Origin: a candidate division FCPU426 bacterium
GTDB lineage: Bacteria; Oederibacteriota; PGYV01; Palsa-1178
Assembly: GCA_963840035.1 (NCBI GenBank)
Contig: CAWIXE010000002.1
Span: 1,280,001-1,344,000 of the forward strand
DNA: 64,000 bases
Reading direction: 5' to 3'
The notes under the pieces were generated by a model that saw only the letters and a list, made by a program, of their open reading frames with translations, was not told where the DNA came from and did not search any database. Within the stretch, counting starts at the first letter, position 1. Each line of letters starts with the position of its first letter. The position numbers and the translations under genes are program-made. Positions 7,769-18,766 of the stretch are shown in pieces.

Positions 7769-10033
7769 TTATAACGGTTTTCTGACAAGCAAAAGCGCGT
7801 ATAAAAGAGCCCCTGCCAGCGCGAGCAGCAATCCGTAATATATTTCTTTTCTTTCCATATATAATTCCACCGTATGCGCCCCCGGCTTCAGCACTACGCC
7901 CTGCACAAGGTAATTCGCCTCCATCAAGCGCTCTTTCCTTCCGTCGACTTTTGCTTTCCATGAATCATAGTACATCGAGGAATTTATTAGCACGCATTTC
8001 TTATTTACGGTAACCGCAAGTTGTATTTTGTTTGGCGAATACATGAGTACTTTTACATCCTGCTTAAGAGCCGGGCCGTTTTTATCCAGTCCCGGATCTT
8101 CCTTAAGGATTACTCTATCAGGCCAGGCCGCCCCGTCCCTGAATTTATTGACCGCGTCCGCGTCATTTTCCGCCAGAACAACCTTATCAACAGCGTAAAA
8201 ACGCGGCAGCGCCTTTTTGTCCAGAAAAATCTTCACCCCTGAGTCATATACTTTTTCAAGCCCCGGCATATCTTCCCTGGACACGTAATATTTTACGTTC
8301 AGCATCCTTTTTGTCCACGGCATTGCAAAAGCCCCGCTTGTTGAAAGCCCGGCTATCTTTTCCGGCAGGTTGCCATGGTATCCGTCCACAGTCTCTATTG
8401 AGTAAAATATATTCTGGTTCATTATCTTCTGCACCCTGTTTAAATCAACACGGAACTGGCTTTTATCGCCGCTGAAAAACGCCACCAGAGGGCTTTTTTC
8501 AGCTATTATTTCCTTAATTGGGCTGTATGGCAGATATACGCTGTTTATCCTGTAGGTATCGGCAAAATGCGCCGCAAGCAGGACTAATAGAAGTATCAAT
8601 GGGTTTTTCACCCCGTATTTTATAATTATAAATACAACCGCCGCGACAAGGAATGCCAGAAGCGAAAAGGCAGCTATATCCCCCCCTATTTCTGTGAGGC
8701 TCGAAGACAATGCCCCGGCAGGCATAGCCATGCCCCGTGTGATTACATGCAGTTTTTCCACGATTGCATTCATTGCGCCGGTAATAAATAACGCGGAAAG
8801 CGATACCGCGAGCATCAGGTAAATGGAAAGCATGGCTTTCGATATCTTCCTGACCGGGCCCGTATTTTTATCAGAAATCAGGGAATCAAACGAAAACGCG
8901 GATAGCACCGCCATGGCCATATTCAGGCCAAAAAGAAGCCTGTCATGCGACCTGAATTTATTAAAAACAGGGACGTGATATAAAAGCTGGAAGAGAGGGG
9001 TATTCCCGCCATAGGAAAGGACAAGCGCCGTAGCGCCTAAAACCGCGAAGAAGAACGCCCTTTTTTGATTTGCCCCCCGGATAAATGCGAACGGCAGCAG
9101 GAGGTACGGCAGCAATCCTATGTAAAAATTTGTCAGCGGTATGTTTGACATTCCCCAATAACCGGAATTAATGGTGCCAAAAAAACGCGGCAAAAAAAGG
9201 CGGATTGTTTCGATTGGAAAAAAAGAATATGATGTAAAGTTTTCATAAGTCATTGCCGGCCGAATCGAGTATTCCGCGATATAATGCAGCGTGGGCAGGA
9301 ACTGCACCGCCGAAAAAAGGAACGCTGCAAACCCGGCCAAAAACAGCCAAAGCGGCAGTTTTATCCATTGCGTCCCGCTCTCATCGCCTTTTATGGCCAT
9401 TTCAAATATGAGGTATGCTGCCGCGGCAATATATGTGTAAAACGCCATCTGGAACATTATTGAAAGATTCTGCAGCGCCAGGAATATACCGGCATTAATA
9501 AAGTGGATTGCCTTTTTGGAGTCCACCCCTTTTTTTATGAAGTAGAAGACATACGGAATCAGTGCCGCCGCCTGAATGGCGCTTAAAATGCCATTCATGC
9601 ACTGCGACAGCATCACCCCGCTTGACATATAGACAAAACCGGCAAAAACAGAAGCCGGTTTGCCGGCGCCGAGAGCCCCCGCAAAAAGATACATGCCGAA
9701 TCCGGCGGCAAAAACATGGAGCAATACCTGGATGGTTTCATATGCCCAGGCAGGCACCGGAAGCAGCAGAAGAAGCATTGCTGGCGGATAAAAAATCTGG
9801 GTGTTGGCCGAATCAATCAGCGGCACGCCGGTAAATATCTGCGGCAGCCACAGCGCTATATCATGATACCGGGCAAAAGTATCCCTGATAAAAACCTCAA
9901 ACGGCAGGCCAAGACGCACCGTGTCAAAACCCGCCAATGTCATACCCGGGATAAAACCCTGCCTGAAAAGAAAAAACGGGCAGAAGAGAACAAACAACCC
10001 GGCAAGTATGGCCCAGAAGCCGTATTTTTTCAA
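7769..10033 (-). CDS. YfhO-family multi-TM GT-C glycosyltransferase-like protein
   Basis: LWLPQIFTGVP, FYPP, many TM segments, VPVFNKFR, C-terminal YYDSWKAKVDG...ANYLVQGVVLKPGAHTVEL. Confidence 0.8.
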   Translation of the reverse strand: MKKYGFWAILAGLFVLFCPFFLFRQGFIPGMTLAGFDTVRLGLPFEVFIRDTFARYHDIALWLPQIFTGVPLIDSANTQIFYPPAMLLLLLPVPAWAYETIQVLLHVFAAGFGMYLFAGALGAGKPASVFAGFVYMSSGVMLSQCMNGILSAIQAAALIPYVFYFIKKGVDSKKAIHFINAGIFLALQNLSIMFQMAFYTYIAAAAYLIFEMAIKGDESGTQWIKLPLWLFLAGFAAFLFSAVQFLPTLHYIAEYSIRPAMTYENFTSYSFFPIETIRLFLPRFFGTINSGYWGMSNIPLTNFYIGLLPYLLLPFAFIRGANQKRAFFFAVLGATALVLSYGGNTPLFQLLYHVPVFNKFRSHDRLLFGLNMAMAVLSAFSFDSLISDKNTGPVRKISKAMLSIYLMLAVSLSALFITGAMNAIVEKLHVITRGMAMPAGALSSSLTEIGGDIAAFSLLAFLVAAVVFIIIKYGVKNPLILLLVLLAAHFADTYRINSVYLPYSPIKEIIAEKSPLVAFFSGDKSQFRVDLNRVQKIMNQNIFYSIETVDGYHGNLPEKIAGLSTSGAFAMPWTKRMLNVKYYVSREDMPGLEKVYDSGVKIFLDKKALPRFYAVDKVVLAENDADAVNKFRDGAAWPDRVILKEDPGLDKNGPALKQDVKVLMYSPNKIQLAVTVNKKCVLINSSMYYDSWKAKVDGRKERLMEANYLVQGVVLKPGAHTVELYMERKEIYYGLLLALAGALLYALLLVRKPL

Positions 10034-11033
10034 TTATTTATCCGTTTTTATGGTTTTTAAAGCGTCTTCCCTGCCTATCAATTTATAATATACAGTAAGC
10101 TCATCCTTAAGGTCGGATTCCTGCCTGTCAAATATTTCCTGCATCTTTGTGCCTGTCCAGTTAAAGACTGATTTAACAAGGGTGCGCTGCATTTTTATAT
10201 ATGCCTTTATTGCCTGCGTCGCCTCCGAATCATTCATGGCAGCGAGCATTTCTTCCGTCCTTTTGGCCAATTTTTCATCAGTACTGTAAAGGAGCCTTAC
10301 GAAAGCAGGCAATATCTGTTTCCTAACTTCGGATTTTTTTCCCAGGTATACATACAGCTCTGAAAGCTTTTCAAAAGCGTGCGCGCCGGCTTTATCCCCG
10401 GCGTCCTTCATGTCCACAATGAGCTTGACAGTGGCTATCCTCGGGTTTATCATCGCCGCGGCGTCGTAAATGCCGGAGTATTCGTCAAGATTATCCGCGG
10501 CCTGCATGGCTTCAAATATGTCAGGCATGGCGCTTTCCGCTTTTTTTGACATATTGCCGAGCGCCTTTGCCGCGGAAAGCCTTGTCTGGCTGTTCTTATC
10601 CTTTAAAAGCTCCACAAGGGGCTTTATCTCAAATGACGAAGGGTCCATGGACGCTATAAACACATTGACTTCCCTCACAAGATTTTTCGAACCGCTTTCC
10701 CCGGCCGCCTGTATGAGCGGGGCCACTATATATCCTCCGGCCTTCAGGCTTCCAAGCACGTCAAAAGTCCTGGCCCTGACTGTGGGATCCGCTTCATCGC
10801 CGAGTGTATAAGCCAGGTATATAAGTATCTTGCGCTTTTCTTCGTCATTAAAAGTATTGAACCTTACGACCGCGTCGTATTGCTGGGCGCTGCTTCCCGT
10901 TATAAAATGTTCGGGAAAGAACCTTTCCAGTTTATTGAACTGCCAGTATTCAGTATCAACTTTCTTCTGCGGGGACGCGCAGACCTGCCGCCAGTAAAAC
11001 GGCCAGGGCCATGTACAGCCATATTTTTTTCAT
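10034..11033 (-). pseudogene. HEAT-repeat lipoprotein with a single extra base at the lipobox (pseudogene or sequence error)
   Basis: ATG 11033 gives MKKIWLYMALAVLLAAG. After one extra base (~10982) the frame of ORF 10034..10759 reads CASPQKKVDTEYW... into HEAT repeats (LVELLKDKNSQTRLSAAKALG). Confidence 0.7.
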
Positions 11034-11070
11034 TTTTCCTCCATGATTTTACGGCACTTTATTATGGCGC

Positions 11071-12486
11071 TCAATTTTTCAGTTCTATCCTTGAAGCCTT
11101 CAGGTTCAATGAAGGCTGGTCCTTACGGAAAGGCTTAAGGTTAATTTCCTTAGAACCTTCCATCCTTGCCGCCTCATTTTTCAGCTCCGGAAAGAGCACG
11201 CTGCCGTTGATAAAAGTTATAATGCCGGACGGTGAGGACGCGTCAATCGACTTTAACCCGGAGGGTTTAACGGCTTTACCCATGTTGATGGTTATGTTCC
11301 CTCCCGCTTCGAGCAGGATATCACCCGAGACCGTGCCCGCGGAAGGCGAAAAGACAATTTCCCCGCGCGGCGCGGAGGCCTTAAGCCCGGCGGACCCGGC
11401 TGATGCCGTGTAATTAATCCCCCCGTTTTTATTAATTATATCATAAGTATATGTATTTGCAGCCGGGACAAATGTTATTATTGAGGCGTTCAATTCGGTA
11501 AAGTAGCCTTTTGACCTGACGGTGTAATCATGGCCTGTTTCAAAACGGTTAATGGCATCCTCGTAATCAGCCCACGGAAGCCCAAATCCCGAAGCTTCAA
11601 ATTCTATCCTGCCCGCGCTGCCGGCCGCGTCTTTTATTGAGACATCTCCCGCGTCTACGCTCATTTTTATGGAATAAGCGCTCCCCGGCGAAAACCCGTC
11701 AGCCCTCACCCTGTAAAAAGGCGTCGCCATCATGAATGAAATTGCCATTGCAGTAACGACTATCCCTGCCGCGGAAAAAACCAGCGGCTTATTCCTGATT
11801 TTTATCCTTTCAAGCATGTTGTTGCCCGCGTTTAAAACACGGTAATAGAGTATCTCGGCTGTCAGGACCGTTATCCCTCCCGCCCACAGGACATCAGAGG
11901 CAAAGTGCGCGCCCTGCGCCATGCGCGCGAGCCCCAGCGCCCCCCCGAAAACAGCTGACCCGGCCAGCCAGCCGGCTGCCGCGCCTTTGTTTGTTTTTCT
12001 GTTAATAAGGTAAAGCGCGTAAAAAACAAAACCCATGGAACAGTGCCCGCACGGAAAAGAAAAACCCTTTCCGGGTGTTCCCGGCACAAGCGGCCGCTTA
12101 AAGTCCCACTTTCCGCCAAGCTCAACAACCTCGCGGGGCCTTGGCCTTCCGGCGTAATTTTTAAGAATTACATTGATTATAAGGCCGGGGCCTAAAAGCA
12201 TTGTAAGAATTATAAGCGCGGCTGCCCTGCGGCTGTCCTTGAATCTTTTATAGATAAAACCCAGGAAAAATATGACAATAGCGCCTAAAGCCAGGCATAC
12301 AGCGGGTATGGTCCCGTATTTATAGAGCATGTCAAAAAACGGGTTATCCGCAAAGGTGAATCTGTGAAGGTTTTGGTCATATAACGCCGACTCAAGCTTC
12401 ATATCGAGGTTAAAAACCCAGAAAGGGACGGTAAATAATATAAGCAGCGCGGCATGAAGCAGTATTTTACCCGTTTCTTTTTTCAT
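11071..12486 (-). CDS. PAP2 phosphatase (LpxF/LpxE-like) fused to a C-terminal beta-rich extracytoplasmic domain
   Basis: KNYAGRPRP, FSFPCGH, RMAQGAHFASDV motifs; an extra TM followed by ~200 aa of Gly/Ser/Ile-rich beta sequence. Confidence 0.75.
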   Translation of the reverse strand: MKKETGKILLHAALLILFTVPFWVFNLDMKLESALYDQNLHRFTFADNPFFDMLYKYGTIPAVCLALGAIVIFFLGFIYKRFKDSRRAAALIILTMLLGPGLIINVILKNYAGRPRPREVVELGGKWDFKRPLVPGTPGKGFSFPCGHCSMGFVFYALYLINRKTNKGAAAGWLAGSAVFGGALGLARMAQGAHFASDVLWAGGITVLTAEILYYRVLNAGNNMLERIKIRNKPLVFSAAGIVVTAMAISFMMATPFYRVRADGFSPGSAYSIKMSVDAGDVSIKDAAGSAGRIEFEASGFGLPWADYEDAINRFETGHDYTVRSKGYFTELNASIITFVPAANTYTYDIINKNGGINYTASAGSAGLKASAPRGEIVFSPSAGTVSGDILLEAGGNITINMGKAVKPSGLKSIDASSPSGIITFINGSVLFPELKNEAARMEGSKEINLKPFRKDQPSLNLKASRIELKN

Positions 12487-12521
12487 GAATGTCCTTTATC
12501 CGTTTCTATAATTTGCGTGAA

Positions 12522-12584
12522 TTGGTAGCCGCAGCCTTTAGGCTGCGATACCAGGTTGCGCAACCTGAAGGTTGCGGCTACCAA
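12522..12584. repeat. Inverted GTAG-REP doublet
   Basis: ttggtagccgcagcctttaggctgcg ... cgcaacctgaaggttgcggctaccaa. Confidence 0.85.
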
Positions 12585-12608
12585 CATCTCAGTTCAGTAA
12601 TAAATACA

Positions 12609-13022
12609 TTACACAAACATCAGGTCTATAGGTTTCTTAAGTTTATGATGTACTGACTCGACTTCAAAATTTTCTGTAATCTTTATCTCCGCCGACTCCG
12701 ATACCACCCTGACCCCGTGCCAGATGTTCTTTGCCACGCACACGGGCTTATCAAGGAGGAACGCCTCGATCTTATCAGGCGCCTTCTGCGGCGCCACAAG
12801 AAGTATGGTCGTGCCGGAAACAGGCTCAAAAGTCTCCATGGATTCCGGGTGGCACTCAATGCTCTCAAGCGGCGCCGGGTGGAATATCAGGTAGCCTATC
12901 CTCCAGCCCGCGGCTGTCTTATCCCCGGTTAAAACCGAGAAGACTTTTTTCTTATCCTTCTGGCCTATTACCATGCCGTAAGGTTTGAACGCCTTGTCAC
13001 TCAGGTTTTTTACTTTTATCAT
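12609..13022 (-). CDS. Cupin, ureidoglycolate lyase/DUF4867-like
   Basis: AFKPYG N-terminus, IECHPESMETF and NIWHG cupin motifs. Confidence 0.65.
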   Translation of the reverse strand: MIKVKNLSDKAFKPYGMVIGQKDKKKVFSVLTGDKTAAGWRIGYLIFHPAPLESIECHPESMETFEPVSGTTILLVAPQKAPDKIEAFLLDKPVCVAKNIWHGVRVVSESAEIKITENFEVESVHHKLKKPIDLMFV

Positions 13023-15672
13023 CTTTTTTCCCCTTTTTTTCAGCCGGACCAACCACGACCTGCGTGTAGTTTTTCAGCTTAAAATATTTTTTTATAACTT
13101 CATTTACATCCGCTTTTTTTACCTTGTCTATCTCTTCGAGGAACGAATCCACTTCCTTATAACCCCTGCCCCATATTTCATATGAGAGGTAGGAATCCGC
13201 CTGCGCCATATAGTCCTGCAGCCCGACTTTATACATGCCTTTAATATAGCTCTTTGACGATTTGATCTCGGCGTCAGTAACCCCTTTATCATAGAGGTCC
13301 TGCAGCACGTTGAAAATCTCGGTTACTGCCTTTTCCTCGTTTTCCGGGGCTGTGGCGGTATATATCCTGAAAGCGCCGTTCTCCACATTCCTGTCAAATG
13401 TCGAAAACACCGTATAACACAGGTTTCTTTTTTCCCTTATTTCCGAAAAAAGCCGCGAGTCCATGCCTCCGCTTAGAATATTATCAAGCACCCTGAACGC
13501 GAAGTAATCATTGGACGAGGATTTCGGTCCCATGAACCCTATCATGATATGCGACTGGTTTTTATCAATGACCTGCCTTAACACTTTTTTCTCGCTCGTA
13601 ATCTTTAAGGGGAGTTTCGGCTTCAGTTCCCTTCCGGCCTTCCACCCCTTAAACGCAGCGTTAAGGATGTCCTTCATCACTTCCGCGTCCACATTGCCCA
13701 CGGTTGAAACATAAAAGTTATTCGGCGTCATGTATGTGTCGTGCCATTCCTTGAGTTTTTTTACGGATGTGCGCTTTACGGTATCAAGCTCGCCGAGCAC
13801 CGGAAATCCGTAGGGGTGCCATTCGAAAAAGAGCTCATTAAACAGTTTTGTCAGGTACCCCGGCGGGTTATCTTTTATCTGTTTTATCTGATTATATATC
13901 TCTTCCTTTTCCTTATATACCTCGTCCGGGTCGAACTGGGGGTGAAGGATAATGTCCGACGCAAGCCCCATGAACTGTTCAAGGTTCGTATTTACCACTT
14001 CCGCCGACCAGCCGTAAATATCCCTTTTTATGTCCTTGCTTAATACCGCGCCTAGGTCGTCAAGCTCATTGGCAATCTGCCTTGCGGTCCTTTTCGCGGT
14101 GCCCTTCTGCATGGAGCGCAGCATAAGGTTTGTTATGCCCTTATACATGCCGTCATCCGCCCCCTCATATACGACTCCGCCCCTGAACATCAGTTTCATG
14201 TCGACTATGGGGGTGTTTTCCAGTTTTTTATGTATTAAGGTTATCCCGTTATCCAGCACCAGCTTTACCGCCTGTCCGGCAGCAGCCTGTTTCTTTTCAA
14301 CCGGCGCGGGCACCAGCTTCTTAATATCCTCAATGGTCTTTAATTTCTTAAATTCCGCTTCCTTATTCTCAGGATAATAAATGACTATGTTTGACGCCTG
14401 GGTGTTGAGATATTTATTCATTACGTCCTTTATATCCGATTCAATGACCCTTTTTACGCTGTCATTATAGGTATAATACAGGTTGTAGTCCCCGAGGACC
14501 TCATAGTAACCGAGGTTCATGGCGGCATTTTCCACCTGCATTTCCTCCTTGGCTTCTTCCCTGAGAATGTCGGATTTAACGCGCTGCAGGCGCTCTCCTG
14601 ATATTCCGCTTTTCTTCAGCAGCTCTATCTCCGCGAAGATTTCCTGTATCGCGGAAGCGGCCTTGCCTTCCCTGATGTCCGCCGATATCATAAGCATGCC
14701 GCCGAATTTTCCGGAAAATATATCGGTACTAATCTCGTCCACAAGCTGTTTTTCTTCCTTAACAGACTGGTAAAGCACCGAGCTGTCGGAGCCGCCGAGT
14801 ATCCTCGCCAGGATCTCAAGCTTGGGTGCGTCTTCGCTTAAAGCGTCCGGTATCCTGAACCCTATGGCCAGATACCTTCCTTCAATGGGTCCGCTGTATG
14901 ATTTGAAACTGATGCCCTGTTTTACCGGCGCCTGCTGGGGCTTTTCTTCCGCCGCCTTATCGCCATTTTTAATTTTGCCGAATGTCGCCTTTATGCTTTC
15001 AAGGACTTTATCCTTTGACACATCCCCGCTTACCACGACCACAATATTGTCAGGCCTGTAATATTTTGAATAAAATCCGGCAATATTGTCCCTCTTGTAT
15101 TCCTTCAGGTTCCCGGCAAAACCAATGATGGGGTCTTTATAGTATTTATCGAAGGCAAGGTTCATGAACTTCTGCCACAGGAATGTCTCGGGATTATCAA
15201 GCCCCCTGTAGAGTTCCGCTAAAATAACCTCGCGTTCCTTGTCCACTTCGGCCGCGTCAAATGACGACGCGGTCAGCGCGTCATATTCTATCTCCAGGGC
15301 CTTATCAACCTGGTCTGAAGGAAGGACTATTACGTAATTCGTGGCGTCATAAGATGTAAAGGCGTTATTATACCCGCCAAGCTCCTTAATCTCCTTATCT
15401 ATCTGCCCGACGGGCCTTTTCTCCGTGCCCTTGAACATCATATGCTCAAGAAAGTGAGAAAGCCCTTTTTCGCTGTCGGATTCAAAAGCAGCCCCGGTCT
15501 TTACCCAGAAATTACACGCGGCCACAGGGGCCGTATGATTCTCCTTGATCAGGACAGTTATGCCGTTTTCCAGCCGTTCTTTATACACTTCGTCCTGTGC
15601 CATGATATATGCCCCCGGTGTGATTAAATTTAAAATTAGCGCCGCTGCAAGTAGCAACTTCCTGCTTTTCAT
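12997..15672 (-). CDS. M16 (pitrilysin/insulinase) zinc peptidase, exported
   Basis: GLSHFLEHMMFKGT (HxxEH), NAFTSYDATNY, second half DSRLFSEIREKRNLCY; signal peptide from MKSRKLL. Confidence 0.9.
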   Translation of the reverse strand: MKSRKLLLAAALILNLITPGAYIMAQDEVYKERLENGITVLIKENHTAPVAACNFWVKTGAAFESDSEKGLSHFLEHMMFKGTEKRPVGQIDKEIKELGGYNNAFTSYDATNYVIVLPSDQVDKALEIEYDALTASSFDAAEVDKEREVILAELYRGLDNPETFLWQKFMNLAFDKYYKDPIIGFAGNLKEYKRDNIAGFYSKYYRPDNIVVVVSGDVSKDKVLESIKATFGKIKNGDKAAEEKPQQAPVKQGISFKSYSGPIEGRYLAIGFRIPDALSEDAPKLEILARILGGSDSSVLYQSVKEEKQLVDEISTDIFSGKFGGMLMISADIREGKAASAIQEIFAEIELLKKSGISGERLQRVKSDILREEAKEEMQVENAAMNLGYYEVLGDYNLYYTYNDSVKRVIESDIKDVMNKYLNTQASNIVIYYPENKEAEFKKLKTIEDIKKLVPAPVEKKQAAAGQAVKLVLDNGITLIHKKLENTPIVDMKLMFRGGVVYEGADDGMYKGITNLMLRSMQKGTAKRTARQIANELDDLGAVLSKDIKRDIYGWSAEVVNTNLEQFMGLASDIILHPQFDPDEVYKEKEEIYNQIKQIKDNPPGYLTKLFNELFFEWHPYGFPVLGELDTVKRTSVKKLKEWHDTYMTPNNFYVSTVGNVDAEVMKDILNAAFKGWKAGRELKPKLPLKITSEKKVLRQVIDKNQSHIMIGFMGPKSSSNDYFAFRVLDNILSGGMDSRLFSEIREKRNLCYTVFSTFDRNVENGAFRIYTATAPENEEKAVTEIFNVLQDLYDKGVTDAEIKSSKSYIKGMYKVGLQDYMAQADSYLSYEIWGRGYKEVDSFLEEIDKVKKADVNEVIKKYFKLKNYTQVVVGPAEKKGKKDDKSKKPE

Positions 15673-15703
15673 CTTAACCTTCTTATAAAGTATGATTTTA
15701 AAC

Positions 15704-16684
15704 TCAGACAACTTCCGTAATCAAAAAATCCGTCCGTTCTTTAGCCTTGATTAAAAACCCGGTCAGGTCATATGGCAAAAGCGTGGTAAACCCGGTTTTT
15801 AACCTGTACGTGCCGCCGTCCATGGACTGTATTTCCAGCTCGCCTTCTATTATATTAATTACAGCTGATTTTTTTTCATTATACCAGTATTTAAACCCTT
15901 TTTCCACTTTAAGCTCATTAACTTTAAAATAGCCGCATTCAACAAGAGGGCGCCGCTGCATGCCTGTTTCAATAACCGCAAAATGCGTTTCAACCCTGCC
16001 GCTTCCCGGGGTGTTTTTAAGGGAATTAAGCGCGTCATGTATATTCAGCTGCCTGTCATCCTTTAAATTCTGCCTGCCCCAGTCATAAAGCCTGTATGTG
16101 ATGTCGGAATTCTGCTGTATTTCAAGTATCAGGTTGCCTTTGCCGATGGTATGTATGGTGCCTGCCGGTATGAAAAAGCAATCCCCTTTTTTTGTCCTGT
16201 ATTTTTTTAGTTTCTTATCAAGGCCGCCTTTTTTTGCGCGTTTTTCAAGCTCCTTTACATTTATCTTTTCCTTTAAGCCAAGCAGCAGCGAAGAACGGAA
16301 CTTGTTGCGGAGCACATACCACATCTCTGTCTTTCCCGCTTCAAAACCGCGGCCCCTGGCATAAGCATCGTCAGGATGGACCTGCACGGAAAGACGGTCA
16401 TTCGTATCAAGGAACTTAAAAAGCAAAGGAAATTTAGGCCCGTATTTTTTCAGGATTTTCCTGCCCAGCATCTGCTCCGGAAAATCATTAATCACGCTGC
16501 GAAGGTTCCTGCCTTTATACGCCCCGTTTGAAATAACGGAATTATTGCGGGTCTGGTCGGCCAGCGTCCATGCCTCGCCGGTTATGTCGCTTTTAATGTC
16601 CATATAATCCTTTAAATTCTTCCCGCCCCATACCTTTTCCTTGAGTATAGGCGTGAAAAACATCGGGTATGCTTTGAATTTCAC
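15704..16684 (-). CDS. manA: Mannose-6-phosphate isomerase, class I
   Basis: KVWGG, GEAW, FPLLFKFLD, LSVQVHPDD, GKTEMWY, PAGTIH, EIQQNSDITYRLYDW. Confidence 0.9.
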   Translation of the reverse strand: MKFKAYPMFFTPILKEKVWGGKNLKDYMDIKSDITGEAWTLADQTRNNSVISNGAYKGRNLRSVINDFPEQMLGRKILKKYGPKFPLLFKFLDTNDRLSVQVHPDDAYARGRGFEAGKTEMWYVLRNKFRSSLLLGLKEKINVKELEKRAKKGGLDKKLKKYRTKKGDCFFIPAGTIHTIGKGNLILEIQQNSDITYRLYDWGRQNLKDDRQLNIHDALNSLKNTPGSGRVETHFAVIETGMQRRPLVECGYFKVNELKVEKGFKYWYNEKKSAVINIIEGELEIQSMDGGTYRLKTGFTTLLPYDLTGFLIKAKERTDFLITEVV

Positions 16685-16738
16685 TCGTTCCTCCGCGTTT
16701 TTATCTTAAATTGAAAATTCAAAATTGTAAATTGAAAA

Positions 16739-18766
16739 TCAATATTTAGTCTTTATATAGCTTCCCGGAAAATAATGGTAAAGTATTGATTCATATCCCT
16801 GATTGGCCTCAGCCATGCCTTTTATGCCCCTCTGGCACATACCGACGCCATGGCCCCAGCCCGCGCCATATATGTATATTTCCTTTATATATCCTTCGCT
16901 GTCTTTCTTATATTCCCATTTTATCACATTGGACCTGATTTTACCCAGCACATTTCTCATGGAATCAAACCCGTAAGTTTTAGACCCTTTGTCGCCTTCC
17001 ACATATACCTTTGTAAGCGCGCCGCCCTGCGCCCTCCTGACAGGTTTTATTTCCTTTATCCTGCCAAGCTTCGAGCCCCTGTTAAAGTAATATTCCAGCG
17101 AATCCGCGTCCAAGTACCTTATCCACCTGAAACTGGTTTCTATGCTGCCCTCGGCTTTGCAATAAACGTCAGGTTTGGTCCTTACGTATTCTTCCAGAAA
17201 AAACGGCGACAGCGGGAAATCCCATGTCTGCTTCTTGCCGTCAAAAGTGCCGCCAAGCGAAGCCACACGTTTTAATCCCCAGACCTCGTTTACATCCTGC
17301 GTATGCCCGCCGCAACAGTGGGAAAAAAACGTATCAAGCATCTTATAATTGGAACCATAAAGCACCTGGCCCCTCGTTTCATCCACAGCCTGATTTGTTG
17401 TCTTATACTCCCCGGTTACCCCGGTATATACGGCGCAATGCTGCTGCGCGCACACGTCAAAACCGCTGCCCGAGTGCTTTTTTAAGTGCTTAAAAGTATA
17501 AGTCCTGGCCGCGACCGCCTGCGATTTTAAAGCCTCTGTATGCCATGTCGGCGGTATTTCCGAGGGCACAACCCCGTAAAGGTATTCCTCCATGTTCAAG
17601 ATATTTATCAGCGCCAGCGCCTTATCCCTGAACTTTATCTGGAAATCGCCGCGGTAGGTAGTATCCTTTTTTTCCGACCAGTAAAACCCTTCCGCGTACT
17701 GTACATTATAAATGGTGGTCGACGACTCGGGGTTGTCCCTGACTATGAACATGTCGTCCGAGAAATATATCTTTTCCGTGCCGTCGGAAAAGAGCGGTTT
17801 TTTCTTTGCCTTGTCATACTCAAAGAAGTATTCTTTCAGCTTTTCCCCCCTGAAAAGGGTCTCATAACGGTCATTAACCAGCTCAAAATTCGATCCGCAC
17901 TTGAAGCTGATGGATGAGACTTCTTCCATGAGGCCGACCTTTATGTCTGTTATATCTCCGCTGTTCTTTACGCTGAGCTTATCAGGCGGCGTGTGTTTGT
18001 CCCTTGTCTGTTTTTTAAGTTCCTTATACTCCATGGCCTTCTGCTTGAGTATCGGCAGGTTTGCCATGAACGAAGCAATTTTTTGGGTAACTTCGGTATC
18101 CTTAGTGTCTATATCCCCGGTCTTTTTCCAATAGGCGTAGGAATTAAGCTGCTCGCCCTTTTTTTCGTACAATTCGGCTATGCGCCTGTTTATTTCGGTA
18201 TAGGTCTTGTCGTATTTTATGGCCAGCTTATAATTCGTTATGGCGTTGTCATAATCGGATTTTTTTACGTATAACTCGGCTATTTTCATGTATGTTATGT
18301 TCTTCAGCTTATCAAGCTCAATTGCCTTATTGAATTTTTCCAGCGCCCCGTCGTACTCGCCTTTTTCAAGAAGGACGCATCCCCACCAGAAATACACTTC
18401 CCAGTTGAGAACGTTCTTAAACGCCAGCTCTTTTATCTCTTCTTCGGCGCGGTCGTATGAATTCAGGAAATAATATGCCTTGGCTATTTCAAAATGCGCC
18501 CTGAATTCATTCGGGTACGCTGTTAAAATTTCATGATAGGCATTGTAAGCTTCCTCGTTATTGCCAAACTCCTTCTGCACCGATGCGAGGTCAAAAAGGC
18601 CGATTTTTCCGGCTCTTCCGGCCAGGGCTTCCTCATTATACGCCTTAAGGGCACGCTCGGGGTTTTCAGAATAGTAATCGTCCTTAGGGTTTCCGCAAAA
18701 AACCGCTGAATTGGACATGATTATAAGACAGGATGTTAAAACCGCTATTTTACAGGCGGGGGTCAT
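16739..18766 (-). CDS. TPR-repeat + SpoIID/LytB-domain protein (peptidoglycan lytic transglycosylase-like)
   Basis: N-terminal TPRs; [44 protein letters not shown]. Confidence 0.9.
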   Translation of the reverse strand: MTPACKIAVLTSCLIIMSNSAVFCGNPKDDYYSENPERALKAYNEEALAGRAGKIGLFDLASVQKEFGNNEEAYNAYHEILTAYPNEFRAHFEIAKAYYFLNSYDRAEEEIKELAFKNVLNWEVYFWWGCVLLEKGEYDGALEKFNKAIELDKLKNITYMKIAELYVKKSDYDNAITNYKLAIKYDKTYTEINRRIAELYEKKGEQLNSYAYWKKTGDIDTKDTEVTQKIASFMANLPILKQKAMEYKELKKQTRDKHTPPDKLSVKNSGDITDIKVGLMEEVSSISFKCGSNFELVNDRYETLFRGEKLKEYFFEYDKAKKKPLFSDGTEKIYFSDDMFIVRDNPESSTTIYNVQYAEGFYWSEKKDTTYRGDFQIKFRDKALALINILNMEEYLYGVVPSEIPPTWHTEALKSQAVAARTYTFKHLKKHSGSGFDVCAQQHCAVYTGVTGEYKTTNQAVDETRGQVLYGSNYKMLDTFFSHCCGGHTQDVNEVWGLKRVASLGGTFDGKKQTWDFPLSPFFLEEYVRTKPDVYCKAEGSIETSFRWIRYLDADSLEYYFNRGSKLGRIKEIKPVRRAQGGALTKVYVEGDKGSKTYGFDSMRNVLGKIRSNVIKWEYKKDSEGYIKEIYIYGAGWGHGVGMCQRGIKGMAEANQGYESILYHYFPGSYIKTKY

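Noticed and set aside
11024..11030. Poly-A slippage (phase variation) as the explanation of the HEAT gene frameshift
   Set aside because: Losing one A restores the frame but yields MKKYGCTWPWPFYWRQVC, which is not a signal peptide. The lesion fits ~10982 better.
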